A stretch of 64,000 nucleotides of DNA from Candidatus Latescibacterota bacterium (GTDB lineage: Bacteria > Latescibacterota > UBA2968 > UBA8231), in contig OZ242318.1 of the NCBI GenBank assembly GCA_965208105.1, forward strand, positions 1,952,001-2,016,000, read 5' to 3'. Shown piece after piece: positions 48,796 through 59,236 of the stretch. A program made the translations under genes and the position numbers. The notes under the pieces are model-generated. The model searched no databases. It saw only the letters and a program-made list of their open reading frames with translations, and was not told the DNA's origin. Position 1 is the stretch's first letter. Each line of letters starts with the position of its first letter.

Positions 48796-51501
48796 ATGCT
48801 AAAGGATCGAACATTGCTCGCTTCGGCACTCATGATTCCGGTCGTCGGCCTGCTCGCGCTGGCCGGTGTCTTTTACGACGCGCGCCCCGCCCTGGCGCAG
48901 ACGCAGCAGGACTGTCCAATTCCTGCCGGGGAGACGCCCCCTGAAGCTGTTGTGACGGCACAACAGGTGGAAGACGGCAGCGCTACCTTGAGAGAATTCG
49001 GGTTGGCAACGAGAAACCTTTTCATTCAAGGTGCAGGTTCTCGTGCAATGCAGTTATACGTCGGTTGTATCATGAGGCAGGATGGGAGCGATTTTCACTC
49101 TGGTTCTACCTATCTTGTGCAATTGACGCCTGACGGCAGGGTGTTTGTGCACTCAAAAAACATGGCGCTGTCGGGTAGGCTGCTCAACCGTTTGATTTAT
49201 GTAGCAATTCTTCAAGCATTGGGTATCGGTTTGGATGATTTGCAGAATCCTGCTGCGATAACTGCCGCTTTCACGGAGGCTGCAGGCAGGGATGGCGCCG
49301 AATTCAACGTACCTCGTATCCCGGGGGCTTCAGGTTATGCTTCTGTTTATTTTTCGAAAAATTTCAACCTCCCTATGGTGTTGCTTGCCGGATTCGACCT
49401 CAATGAATCTCACCTGGCCGAAGAAGAATTCGACTTTCGCATTCCCGCCGTTACTGCACGCGACGTGGTGGACCGGGAAACTCTAAAAGCCTTTGTTACG
49501 AACGTAGGAGAGCTTTTTCTCGCACAGCAGGATGGCGGCGACCCGGCCGGGACCTCGAAAGGCAGGGTGGCCTTGAGAGACCCGAACGGGCCCTACAGAC
49601 ACGGTTCCGTATACATCTATATCCTGGATCTTACCAGCGACATCATCCTGGTCCACGGCGCGTTTCCGGACCGATACGAACTGCGGCCTCTGATAGCGAC
49701 CGTCCGGGACGTGGTTACGGGAGAGCTTGTTTTGCCGCAGGTCATCGAGGCGGCGAAAAGCAGCCCGGAAGGCGGCTTCGTGGAGTATTACTTCGACGAC
49801 CCGAACGACGACACCGACAGCGCCGATATTCCCAAGGTGGGTTATGCCCGTCAGTTTACTGGTGAACGCGTGAGAGCAGACGGCACTGTACTCCCTGTAA
49901 ATTTCATTGTAGGGTCTGATTTTTACGTGCGTGTGGCTGATGAGGTCACGGCCGCCGACGTGACGGACGCGGAAACGCTCAAAGCCTTCGTAGACGGCGC
50001 GGCAGCATGGTCGGCGACCTTTACCGATCCCAACGATTTCCCCTCTTATATTGCCACCATCAGCACCGAGGGTCATTGGAAGCACGGGAACACCTATCTC
50101 ATCCTCATGTTGCCGAACGGCGCGGTGATCTACCACACCGATGACCCGACTGTGAACGGCAAGAGCCTGTACGAGGCAGAAGACTCCCGTGGAAACAAGG
50201 TCGTGCAGCAACTCCTCGCGGCAGCCGACATGGGCGGCGGTATTGTCGAGTATTACTGGGACGATCCGGAGCAGGAGGGGGACGAAGAGACCGCCAAGAT
50301 CGCCTATGCCACCAGCTACCTTTCAGGAACGACGGGTACCGCGGTGGTCCTCATCGGCGGCTATTACCAGGACCCCTCCCAGGCCGTTTCGGCGACCTTC
50401 GATCCGTCGATCATTGTCCCCCCCGAGGTAACGGCCGCCGACGTGGTGGACCGGGAGACCCTCAAGGCTTTCGTAGAGGGCTCGAAGGAGAGTTATTCCA
50501 ACGCCCTGGAACAATTCGGGGCCGATGAGCTCCTGCAGCATCAGGATATCTTCAGGCAAGAGGGAGGGCCCTGGAGGCAGGGTTCCATCTACTTCTTTCT
50601 CTTCACCACGGATGGCCATGTAATCTTCCACGGTGCCGACCGGGCGAGAGAGCTGAGGGATGCGACCCTCTGGGAGGATATCAACGGAGTCAAGGTCGCC
50701 CAGGAACTCCTCAAAGTGGCCAAGGCGGGCGGCGGCTACGTCGAGTATTACTTCGACGATCCCGCGGTGACAGGTGACGAAGACCTCGGCTCGCCCAAGG
50801 TGGGCTATGCGGAGCTGTTGACCTTCCAGGGCCGGGAATACGTCCTCGGTGCCGGGTTCTATACCGGTGACGCCGATATTGCCCGGAGGACCGTCACCCG
50901 CACGGAAGTAGAGGCAACGGTCCTGGGCGACGCCGTTCAGGGGTTGGCCCTCGAGTTCTCCCGCGCCACCTCGGGCCGCCAGGCAAATTACGCCTGGAAC
51001 GCGTTCACCGATGCCAACGGCCAGGTGTCCCTGACCATCTCCAGCACGAGGCTGGTGAGTGGTTACTACCGCGCCCGCGCCCGCAACGCCGCCGGCCAGG
51101 TCGTCGGCCAGTGGAACAGCATTCCCCTCAACCAGAACAAACGCCAGGTCCTGGAACTGACGCTGGGTGCCGGCATGAGGGTCGTGCGGGTCGAGCAACT
51201 GGCAGCAGCCAAGGCCGTGGCGGCAACCAGCGGTCTGGCACGTAATGTGCCCAATCCCTTCAACAGCTCCACCCAGATTCCCTATCACCTGTCCAGCTCC
51301 GGACCGGTGAGGTTGGTGATCTACAATGTTCTGGGCCAGCCCGTGCGCACGTTGGTTGACCAGTTCCAGGCTGCCGGCTCCTACCGGGTCAGGTGGGACG
51401 CCCGCGACCAGGAAGGCGCCTCGCTGTCATCCGGGGTCTATTTCACCCGCCTGAGCTATCCCGGCGGGGTGCAGACGCAACGGCTGCTCTACCTCAAGTA
51501 G
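48796..51501 (+). CDS. Secreted protein with four Cache-like repeats and a C-terminal FlgD-Ig/T9SS-like domain
   Basis: Signal peptide; repeats VTA.DV.D.ETLKAFV...GG.VEYY.DDP...K..YA; tail PNPFNSST..IYNVLGQ..SSGVYF. Confidence 0.8.
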   Translation: MLKDRTLLASALMIPVVGLLALAGVFYDARPALAQTQQDCPIPAGETPPEAVVTAQQVEDGSATLREFGLATRNLFIQGAGSRAMQLYVGCIMRQDGSDFHSGSTYLVQLTPDGRVFVHSKNMALSGRLLNRLIYVAILQALGIGLDDLQNPAAITAAFTEAAGRDGAEFNVPRIPGASGYASVYFSKNFNLPMVLLAGFDLNESHLAEEEFDFRIPAVTARDVVDRETLKAFVTNVGELFLAQQDGGDPAGTSKGRVALRDPNGPYRHGSVYIYILDLTSDIILVHGAFPDRYELRPLIATVRDVVTGELVLPQVIEAAKSSPEGGFVEYYFDDPNDDTDSADIPKVGYARQFTGERVRADGTVLPVNFIVGSDFYVRVADEVTAADVTDAETLKAFVDGAAAWSATFTDPNDFPSYIATISTEGHWKHGNTYLILMLPNGAVIYHTDDPTVNGKSLYEAEDSRGNKVVQQLLAAADMGGGIVEYYWDDPEQEGDEETAKIAYATSYLSGTTGTAVVLIGGYYQDPSQAVSATFDPSIIVPPEVTAADVVDRETLKAFVEGSKESYSNALEQFGADELLQHQDIFRQEGGPWRQGSIYFFLFTTDGHVIFHGADRARELRDATLWEDINGVKVAQELLKVAKAGGGYVEYYFDDPAVTGDEDLGSPKVGYAELLTFQGREYVLGAGFYTGDADIARRTVTRTEVEATVLGDAVQGLALEFSRATSGRQANYAWNAFTDANGQVSLTISSTRLVSGYYRARARNAAGQVVGQWNSIPLNQNKRQVLELTLGAGMRVVRVEQLAAAKAVAATSGLARNVPNPFNSSTQIPYHLSSSGPVRLVIYNVLGQPVRTLVDQFQAAGSYRVRWDARDQEGASLSSGVYFTRLSYPGGVQTQRLLYLK

Positions 51502-51532
51502 CGCTGCACGGTTCCGCAGCAAACGTCAGCCT

Positions 51533-51593
51533 GAGAAGCCGCCTGAGAATTCGTAGTGCCGAGCAACCGTCGGGAATTTTCAGGCGGCTTCTC
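51533..51593. repeat. 20-bp inverted repeat (terminator or mini-MITE)
   Basis: GAGAAGCCGCCTGAGAATTC ... GAATTTTCAGGCGGCTTCTC, 19/20. Confidence 0.6.
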
Positions 51594-51640
51594 CGTTCAG
51601 GGCTGCCTGACCTGGCGCCCGGAAAGGCAGGGAGACGGCT

Positions 51641-54600
51641 ATGCTTCACAAGACCAGAAATCTCGTTGAAGACTGGCGCAAGGGAGACGCGGAGAAGCTC
51701 GCCATTCTCGAGACGGAGGCGGATTCTGCCTGGCCGGGGGGCGGGGGGTGGCAGACGACAGCCGACGAGCAGGAGCGCGATATCCGCGAGAGCAACCTGA
51801 TGGGGGCCTTCGTCACCGAGAACGAACAAAGGATCATCAGCATCTGCACGCTCAGGGCCGATCCGGGGCAGAAAGCCCATGTGTTCATTCCTTACCTCAA
51901 CTGCCACCCGGATTACCACGGCAAGAAGCACGGCAAGTCCGTACTCTGGGCAGCGGTGGACCGCGCCTGCGAGGCGGGGTTCCAGAAGGTCGATCTGGTC
52001 ACCTGGCCGGGGAACCTTAAGGCAGTTCCCCTGTACAAGAAGATGGGGTTCATGTGGCGGCCCGACTCGTCCGTGCACATGGAAAATTTCACCCCCGCGG
52101 CCCGCCGCCATCCCCTCGCCGCCGCCTTCTTCGCCAGACACGATTGGTACGAGACCCACATCCGGGACCTCGCCCTGGAGGAGGACGTGATGACGCGGGG
52201 GAAGGTGAAGGTCTACGAGTATCTCTGGCGGGCGCCGGAGGGTGGCTTCCTCAGACTGGTGTTCGACCGCCAGAGCTGGGGACTCATCGAGATCGAGAAC
52301 GAGGACCTGTCGGCGTCGTGCAGCCTTTCCGGGGAAAAGCTGGTTGCGGGGGTCCCCCACTCGGTGCACTGGCGAATCGTGAACAAGAAACCGGACCCGG
52401 TTCGGGTCTCTCTCTCCGCCTCGGGCGATCCCGGGGTCGAGGTCCGCAAGCGCGAGGAACTGGAGGTAAAGGCCGCCGCCGAACTCGCGGGGACGTTCGT
52501 GATCGATCCGGACATCAAGGAGAAAACACACCAACCCAAAGCGGCGGTGCTGCGGACCGACCTGGTGATCGACGGCGTGGGGATCGACCTGGGGGCGGGG
52601 GTCGACGTTCGCCAGGCGGTGGAGGTTTCCATCGATGCCGTGCGCTCGATCCTGGTCCCCGGGGCGCCACAGGAAGCGCTGCTGACACTACGCTCGAACC
52701 TGGACGAGGCCTGTAGCGCGAAGCTGCGGGTGAGGCCGGCGGGTGGCGCGGATGTGAAGGGGGGCAAGCGCAGGGTGGAACTGGACCCGAAGGGCGGAGC
52801 CGAGTTGCCTGCACGCCTGACCGCCCCGCGGTCCGGACCCGTGGCGCTGGACGTCGAGACGAGCGCGGTGGCGGGAGGGAAGACAATCCCCGTCAAGACC
52901 AGGCGGATCGACCTCCTGGCCGTCGAGCGGGGGGGCGTTTCCGCCGGGATAGGGGAGGAGAACGCCCTGCTCTGCGGCGGCGGCCTGATGCTCAGCGCCG
53001 ATCTGCGCACTGGGCAGGTCTCGATCTTCCACCGGCTGCGCGCCTTGAGGTCCCCCCGGCTGGAGCTGCATTGCCCGAGGCTGGGACCGCCCTTTGCGGG
53101 AGGAGACCTGTTTCAGGAGAAGGCCGAGGCGTCGGTCGAGGAGGACGCCCTCGGGGTCGTGCTCCGCCTGCGGACCCGGTCCGCGCTGCGGCCGGGTGTG
53201 ATCCTGGACAGGCGGGTCGGCCTGGGGCAGGGCCCCCTGGTCAGGGTGGTGGATACGGTGATCAACGGATCGGCCCAGGCGATGGACCTGTCACTGCTAC
53301 ATGGTTGGTCGATGAGGATAGGTCCCCGGGCGTCGCCCGTCGTGCCCCGGAAGCATGGGATTTACCGGCAGGCCGCCGGCTCGGGGGGACGCGAACTGGA
53401 CGATCTCAAACTGCCCGGAGAGGGAGCGGCGTGGCCGGAGGGATGGATCTGCGCCGAAAAGGAGGATGGCTGCGCCGCCGGAATTCTCTGGGAGCGGGCC
53501 GAGAGGGTGGAACCTGGCACCTGGGGCAGTCTGCGGATTGGGGCTGGACGTGTGAAGCCGGGGGAATCGAGACAACTGGACCCGGTCTACGCATTTGCCG
53601 GGGATGGTAACTGGCAGACGATCCGGGGCTGGTGGCGGACCCTGTTCGGCACCGTTCCGGAGATCGAGTCCTCCCCTGACCCGACCCACAGGGCGATTGA
53701 ATTCGAGATCGAGCCCGCTCCCCTGCTGATCGCCGGCGGGAGGACCGAGGCGACCCTGCGCCTCCGCCACCCGGGTGAATACAAACTCGACGGGGAACTG
53801 ATTCTGCAAGAATCCGCCGGTCTTCGTCCGGACCCTGCCTCCGTCAAGGTTTCGGGGCTCTGCGAGACCAATCCCGTCGTGCGCAAGGTGGGGTTTCGCC
53901 CTGCGCAGCGCGCCCGGCCGGAAACGGAGGAAATCGGCGTGCGATTCGAGACCGGGGAGGCGGTCTACCGATTTTCAGGAAGGGCGCTGGTCCTTCCCCG
54001 GAAGGCGCCCCAGGTCCGGGTGTCGCGCCTGGAGAAAGGCCGCGTGCTCGTCGTGGACAACGGAGTTCTGACGGCGAAGGTCGCGCCTGCCTTCATGGGG
54101 TCCGTCATCTCCCTTCAGCGCGAGGGCAGGGAGTATCTCAACAGTTCCTATCCGGACACCGTACCCCGCGGCTGGTGGAATCCCTGGCACGGCGGCATTT
54201 CGCCCGCCTACGACCGCTTGGAAGATACACTCTACAAGGAACGGTTCCGCTACCGCGTTATCGAACGCAAGGGGCGCCAGGGCATGGTATGGCGCGGGGT
54301 GCGCGTCCACTGCCGCATCGCGCAGGAACATGCCCGCGGCCAGTCCATCGCACTGGAGTACCTGCTGGCCCCCGGCGCGGATGTGCTTGCGATTCTGCCA
54401 AGCTGCCGCGACGAGCTCGGAATCAGCGCCGAGGGGGACCTGGGCTTCCACATCTGGCCGGGGTTCGCCGCCTCGCCAGGGACCGCGTCGTTCCACAACG
54501 CAACCCATGAGTCGACTGCCGCGCTTGCCGCGCCCCACTGGGCCTGGGCCGGACGCTGGAGCTGGGGCGGGATGGTGGGGAAGAGCGGAGAGGCATTGTT

Positions 54601-54796
54601 CCTGAGCGCAATAGGTGAGGGGGTGGAAGCGAGCGGCACCTCCCTGGGGGGCGATGGATGCATGCTCGAAGGCAACCTGGAGCGGCGGATGTCTCCCCGC
54701 GAGCGGATCGAAGGGCTGTTTTTCCTTCTGCCGACCACGGGCCTGGAGGAGGGAAAGGCCGGCGCGGTCTGGAGTGAGTTCGAAGCGCTGCCATAG
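51641..54796 (+). CDS. Large protein with N-terminal GNAT domain and beta-rich C-terminal domains
   Basis: LNCHPDYHGKKHGK, TWPGNLKAVPLYKKMGF; 1051 aa. Confidence 0.8.
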   Translation: MLHKTRNLVEDWRKGDAEKLAILETEADSAWPGGGGWQTTADEQERDIRESNLMGAFVTENEQRIISICTLRADPGQKAHVFIPYLNCHPDYHGKKHGKSVLWAAVDRACEAGFQKVDLVTWPGNLKAVPLYKKMGFMWRPDSSVHMENFTPAARRHPLAAAFFARHDWYETHIRDLALEEDVMTRGKVKVYEYLWRAPEGGFLRLVFDRQSWGLIEIENEDLSASCSLSGEKLVAGVPHSVHWRIVNKKPDPVRVSLSASGDPGVEVRKREELEVKAAAELAGTFVIDPDIKEKTHQPKAAVLRTDLVIDGVGIDLGAGVDVRQAVEVSIDAVRSILVPGAPQEALLTLRSNLDEACSAKLRVRPAGGADVKGGKRRVELDPKGGAELPARLTAPRSGPVALDVETSAVAGGKTIPVKTRRIDLLAVERGGVSAGIGEENALLCGGGLMLSADLRTGQVSIFHRLRALRSPRLELHCPRLGPPFAGGDLFQEKAEASVEEDALGVVLRLRTRSALRPGVILDRRVGLGQGPLVRVVDTVINGSAQAMDLSLLHGWSMRIGPRASPVVPRKHGIYRQAAGSGGRELDDLKLPGEGAAWPEGWICAEKEDGCAAGILWERAERVEPGTWGSLRIGAGRVKPGESRQLDPVYAFAGDGNWQTIRGWWRTLFGTVPEIESSPDPTHRAIEFEIEPAPLLIAGGRTEATLRLRHPGEYKLDGELILQESAGLRPDPASVKVSGLCETNPVVRKVGFRPAQRARPETEEIGVRFETGEAVYRFSGRALVLPRKAPQVRVSRLEKGRVLVVDNGVLTAKVAPAFMGSVISLQREGREYLNSSYPDTVPRGWWNPWHGGISPAYDRLEDTLYKERFRYRVIERKGRQGMVWRGVRVHCRIAQEHARGQSIALEYLLAPGADVLAILPSCRDELGISAEGDLGFHIWPGFAASPGTASFHNATHESTAALAAPHWAWAGRWSWGGMVGKSGEALFLSAIGEGVEASGTSLGGDGCMLEGNLERRMSPRERIEGLFFLLPTTGLEEGKAGAVWSEFEALP

Positions 54797-54972
54797 GGAT
54801 TTCCTGGGAATAAAGTGGCCGGAATCAGGAGAGGGGAACCTCCGCCTGCACTTATAGCGCGCTTCACCAGTCCGGGTGCCCGGGACTGCATCGCGCCTGC
54901 CGGCGGCGCGGCCGATAGCGGATCGCCCACCCCGCAGCCGGGTATCCCCCACCATCACCTGGAGTACAGACG

Positions 54973-56196
54973 ATGACGCCACGCGCAGTCCCCTCCATCG
55001 CCGACCTGCGCCATACCAGGCTCTGCTATCGGCAGGACCACTACTGCGGCCATCCGCGGCAGCTGCCGTTCCGCAACCATGGCAACGGCGAGATCGTCGT
55101 CGGGCACTACCACGCCCCCTCTCGCTATGCAACCCGCGACGACGTCAGCCACTCCTCGACCACCGGCTACTTCAGCCGCGCCAAAATGCTGCTGCAACGG
55201 ACGCTGAATCACGGTGAGACCTGGCGCCCGGAGGACGAGGTGGTCATCGGCGACAACAGCCGCTCCCTGGCCGAGCGCCGGGCGATCATGCGCCGGGCCG
55301 ATGACCCGGAGGTGGCGCGCGAGACCATCGACATCACCGGTCCCGACGCCATGGTCTCGTTTGCGCGGCAGGTCACCGGCCCCGAGGACGACCGCGAGCA
55401 GGCCACCTTCGAGTGCCTCGCCTTCCGCTCAGGCGACCGCGGCCGCACCTGGGAAACCGTGCCCACGCGCGTGGCGCCGCCGCCCGGCTACAGCTACATC
55501 GCCATCGACGGCGCCGCGCCAACCCGGTTTGCCGATGACACCCTGGTGGTGCCGGCCTGGCTGGACAACCGCAACACCGGCGGTCCGCACCCCTTCGACG
55601 CGGCCATCGTGGCCCTCTACGGCTCCGACGATCAGGGGCTCAGCTGGCAGTTCCTGTCCGAGGTGGTCCGCGAGCCCACGGGGCGGGGACGGCCCGGCTA
55701 CGCGAACCTGCTCATGCTGCCCGGCGGACGGCTGCAGTGCTACTTCAACAGGATCGGCGGGCTGCGGCACTCCCTCGAGATGACCGCCTCCGACGACGGC
55801 GGCTACAGCTGGTCCACGCCCCAGCCGCTGGTGGTCTGGGGACAATCGCCCTGGGCAGCGCTGGGCCGGCAGCATGTCTGGGAAGGGGCGGCGCACAAGG
55901 GACCGCTCTACCGCTCCCCCTGGCCGCTGCGCCTGCGCGACGGACGAATCGTGGTCCTCTTCGGCCGCCGCAAGCAGCCCTTCGGCATGGGTCTGATCGT
56001 GAGCGAGGACGACGGCGCCACCTGGTCCGCCGAGGCGGTCATTCGCGCCGACGCCAGCGACTGGGACCTGGGATACCCGGTGGCGACGCAGTTGGATGAC
56101 GGCCGCATCTTCACCGCCTACTATTTCATGGAGGATGACGGCAACGGCTTCGGCGGCACCCGCCACATCGCCGCCAGCTTCTTCCGCCTCGTGTGA
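54973..56196 (+). CDS. Sialidase-like/BNR (Asp-box) repeat protein
   Basis: SGDRGRTW, SDDQGLSW, SDDGGYSW, SEDDGATW, DLGYP. Confidence 0.87.
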   Translation: MTPRAVPSIADLRHTRLCYRQDHYCGHPRQLPFRNHGNGEIVVGHYHAPSRYATRDDVSHSSTTGYFSRAKMLLQRTLNHGETWRPEDEVVIGDNSRSLAERRAIMRRADDPEVARETIDITGPDAMVSFARQVTGPEDDREQATFECLAFRSGDRGRTWETVPTRVAPPPGYSYIAIDGAAPTRFADDTLVVPAWLDNRNTGGPHPFDAAIVALYGSDDQGLSWQFLSEVVREPTGRGRPGYANLLMLPGGRLQCYFNRIGGLRHSLEMTASDDGGYSWSTPQPLVVWGQSPWAALGRQHVWEGAAHKGPLYRSPWPLRLRDGRIVVLFGRRKQPFGMGLIVSEDDGATWSAEAVIRADASDWDLGYPVATQLDDGRIFTAYYFMEDDGNGFGGTRHIAASFFRLV

Positions 56197-56492
56197 TAGC
56201 GGGACCGATGCCGCCAGTTGCATTGAATATGTGGCCCGACCGACAACCAGGCCCAATTGGGCTGAAGGATCGGCAAACGATCATCAGAGGGCATGTCCTT
56301 ACCCTTACGTGGGCCCAGCGCCTTGACAGAAAGTCCAAATAGGGCCTTAATTTTTCACAAGCTTGATCGCAACTCTTTCACCCATTTCGTCTCTGGACAC
56401 GTGCACCCGCATCTGATCGGCGAGAGCGTCCCGCAGGTCGTCGACGCGGCTGGGCGGCTATAGCGGGTTCAGTACGATCACCACCGACGGCC

Positions 56493-56591
56493 GTGCTCGA
56501 GTGGGCAGTCGACTATCGTGAGGATCTGCTGGAGAACTGGGACCTATGCCATCAACTGAAGCCGCCGCGACCGATCCCACCGCTGGAGTAG
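56493..56591 (+). pseudogene. DUF4160 C-terminal remnant
   Basis: VLEWAVDYREDLLENW...IPPLE*; N-terminal HxPPHFH part not seen. Confidence 0.6.
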
Positions 56592-56881
56592 TCCCCCCGC
56601 CTCGACCCTCCACGCCATGGCGGGTCAAAAGCGTCGAACCCCTGCCTGGACTGCGATTGCAGGTCCACTTCGGCGACGGTACATCGGGTCAGGTGGACAT
56701 GAGGAGTTTCCTCGGGAGCCCCGCGGTCCATAACACCGTTTTCGAGCCGCTTGTTGATGAGAGTTTGTTCCGCCAGGTCCGGGTAGACCTGGGAGCCCTC
56801 GTCTGGCCGACAGGGGCTGATCTTTCTCCTGATTCCATGTACGACGCCATTCGCGATTCAGGGGAGTGGGTCGTCAAATGA
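56546..56881 (+). CDS. DUF2442 family protein
   Basis: V..LPGLRLQVHFGDGT, FEPL.D..F, LVWPTGADLSPD.MY. Confidence 0.8.
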   Translation: MPSTEAAATDPTAGVVPPPRPSTPWRVKSVEPLPGLRLQVHFGDGTSGQVDMRSFLGSPAVHNTVFEPLVDESLFRQVRVDLGALVWPTGADLSPDSMYDAIRDSGEWVVK

Positions 56882-56963
56882 TTCGAGAAAGCGCAGGAAG
56901 AATTGAGGAAAGCTGAAAGCAGGCCTCCGCGTCACCTTTGACGACGCGGAGGCGGATTGGCCA

Positions 56964-57425
56964 CTACAGTGGGTCGCCCTCGAATTGCACGTACGCCGGC
57001 TGCTCGTTGGCCACGGCCATATCGACCGCCTGGCCGAAAGCATCCAAGATTTTCTGGCCGTCCGAACCAGGGGGTACGGTGACCACCGACTCGGAATCCA
57101 CACCCTCCGAGGACATGTCATCGGCGGCACAGGTAACCGTTATCTCCATCGAGCTGTACAATCCCAGGGTTATGATCGATCCCACGATGGATCCAAAGCT
57201 CTGGGTTGCCTCTATTTTCGCTATGCCGTTGCTGCATTGGTTTTGGGCCTGAATCACCTCTGACGCAATCTTGTGAGACAAAAACCACACACCCCAGCCC
57301 TTTGACTCGATCGTCATGGTCTTATCGCCGGGTGGGCGTCTCATATCGACGGTTGCGCAGCCGGCATAAAGAATAATTCCCAAACAGGCGGCGAAGACGG
57401 AACTCCCCAGCAATTGCCTGGTCAT
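56964..57425 (-). CDS. Bor/Iss-like lipoprotein with C-terminal extension
   Basis: Lipobox YAGC; C.NG.AK.E..QSF..G.ITLGLY...I.VTC. Confidence 0.7.
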   Translation of the reverse strand: MTRQLLGSSVFAACLGIILYAGCATVDMRRPPGDKTMTIESKGWGVWFLSHKIASEVIQAQNQCSNGIAKIEATQSFGSIVGSIITLGLYSSMEITVTCAADDMSSEGVDSESVVTVPPGSDGQKILDAFGQAVDMAVANEQPAYVQFEGDPL

Positions 57426-57679
57426 TTTATCCCTCCTTATGGTTGACAAAAATGGACTGGCTGGCTCCCTCTTTCCAGGTGGGCCAATATAGGAGCATCG
57501 CCGAAGCCGCACAATGGAAGGCGATTCCCGTGTGGTGGTCCCCATTTCCGCACAACGGTACGGCATGGCTGCTGACCTCCGGCCGGTCGGGAGCCCCGAG
57601 ATTCAGGAGGGGCTGCCGGAAGCCAAGGCCCGTATGCGCGGAGGCCAGGTGAATGTGGAAGAAGACGTGCGGACCAGGT

Positions 57680-58450
57680 CTATACTGCAAGGGAATCGCA
57701 GTTCTCTCTCAGCCACTTGTTCTCTTTTTCCAGTTCCGCAAGGTCACCGCGTTGGTAGAAGATGGACCATGGGTGGAGTCCCTGCCTGCCCAGGGTATCG
57801 ATCCTGCGGCATTCTTCCAATTGCAGATCGCTCAAGGTGTCCAGGATTGCTCTGGTCTCCGTGCCATAGGTGTCAGCAAGAACCATCAGCCTGGCCCTGA
57901 GATCTGGCTTGGCGGGAAATCCAGCTTTTTTCCAGTGGTCTTCGCCGCGGAGAGGCACCGCGTGCCAGGCAAACTGACTGACATCGCAGAGAGGATGGCC
58001 TGGTTCGGCAAAGTCCCAGTCGATTATTCCATTTAAGGATTGCCCTTCCCAGACAGTATTCCAGGGTCCAAGGTCCCCGTGTCGGATGATCATTCCCGGC
58101 CTCCAGGCGATATGAGGAACATGCCATTCCACATTCTCCGGTGGCTCGAAGTCTCTCACCGCATGGTGATACCTGCTCAGGAAACGCGCGACCTCGGAGA
58201 GCCCCTTTTCCTCCAGCATCACCTGCGGCCAAGGTCGCAGAGCCACCTTCCCCGGGATGAACGATAGCACCTCTCTTCCGAGCTCGTCGAATCCAAGGAC
58301 GCGAGGAGCTCCTGAAAAGCCAACTTCCTCCAGGTAGCGCAGCAAGGAATGGACGGCCGGGGTCCACCTATGGACAGGCCTGCGCACGGTGTCTCCAATC
58401 CGCGCAACGGAATTGACACAGCCTTGGGCGGATTCACCTTCCTGTACCAT
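57680..58450 (-). CDS. APH-like phosphotransferase
   Basis: VRRP, HGDLGPWN, IIDWD. Confidence 0.87.
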   Translation of the reverse strand: MVQEGESAQGCVNSVARIGDTVRRPVHRWTPAVHSLLRYLEEVGFSGAPRVLGFDELGREVLSFIPGKVALRPWPQVMLEEKGLSEVARFLSRYHHAVRDFEPPENVEWHVPHIAWRPGMIIRHGDLGPWNTVWEGQSLNGIIDWDFAEPGHPLCDVSQFAWHAVPLRGEDHWKKAGFPAKPDLRARLMVLADTYGTETRAILDTLSDLQLEECRRIDTLGRQGLHPWSIFYQRGDLAELEKENKWLRENCDSLAV

Positions 58451-58645
58451 CTTCAGATCCTCTCAAGCCACATTGCGGTTGACCTGTTTCCTGGCCGCAT
58501 ACCTTCCAACCCCCACCGCGTTGCGAGTCCAAACCCACCGGTCATTTCCGGTAATGTTGTCCCCTCTTGCGAACCCGCCTCAGCGGATTGGACCGAAGCC
58601 CCTTGGGCCTGAGCCGCAAGCCGACGTGTTACGTGCTGGTGCGGA

Positions 58646-59236
58646 TCACGACCTGGCAATCTCAGGTAATTCGAGTCTGAGAATGCCGCAAAACCTGAAC
58701 GATTTGCTCCTGCTCTCGAGGAAATCCTCGCCGAAAACCAGGGACCCGAGGGCCCGCATGACGCCAGCGTGGGTCACCACCAGGACTCCTCCAGTTTCAG
58801 CCAGGCTTCTGACGGCTTTGAGGCCACGTTCCACTCTTGCCATGAAGTCGTCGATACGCTCAGCTCCTGGGATTTCTGCAGGATTCACCAATCCGGTGTC
58901 CTGGTCAAAGGCATCCGGATACCGTTCAGCTTGTTGTTGCTGCGTCAGACCCTGAAAGTCCCCCTCGTGTCTTTCGATCAGGTCGTCCGACAAACGTAAA
59001 TCGGGAATGCCCAGCAGGCGGGATAGGATCTCCGCTGTCTGAATTGCGCGGCCGAAAGAAGAGCTGAGAATCGCGGCAAGATTTTCTCGTTCGAGTTCCT
59101 TGGCAAGTTGATGCACCTGGCCGATGCCAACATCGGTCAGCGGTGAATCCAACTGACCTTGCGAAAGTCCCTGGCGCTTCCACTCCGTCTCACCATGCCT
59201 CACACATATGATGCTATTGCCAAATGCTGCCATCAT
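58646..59236 (-). CDS. Histidine phosphatase (PGM family)
   Basis: RHGETEW, RAIQTA, VVTHAG. Confidence 0.9.
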   Translation of the reverse strand: MMAAFGNSIICVRHGETEWKRQGLSQGQLDSPLTDVGIGQVHQLAKELERENLAAILSSSFGRAIQTAEILSRLLGIPDLRLSDDLIERHEGDFQGLTQQQQAERYPDAFDQDTGLVNPAEIPGAERIDDFMARVERGLKAVRSLAETGGVLVVTHAGVMRALGSLVFGEDFLESRSKSFRFCGILRLELPEIARS

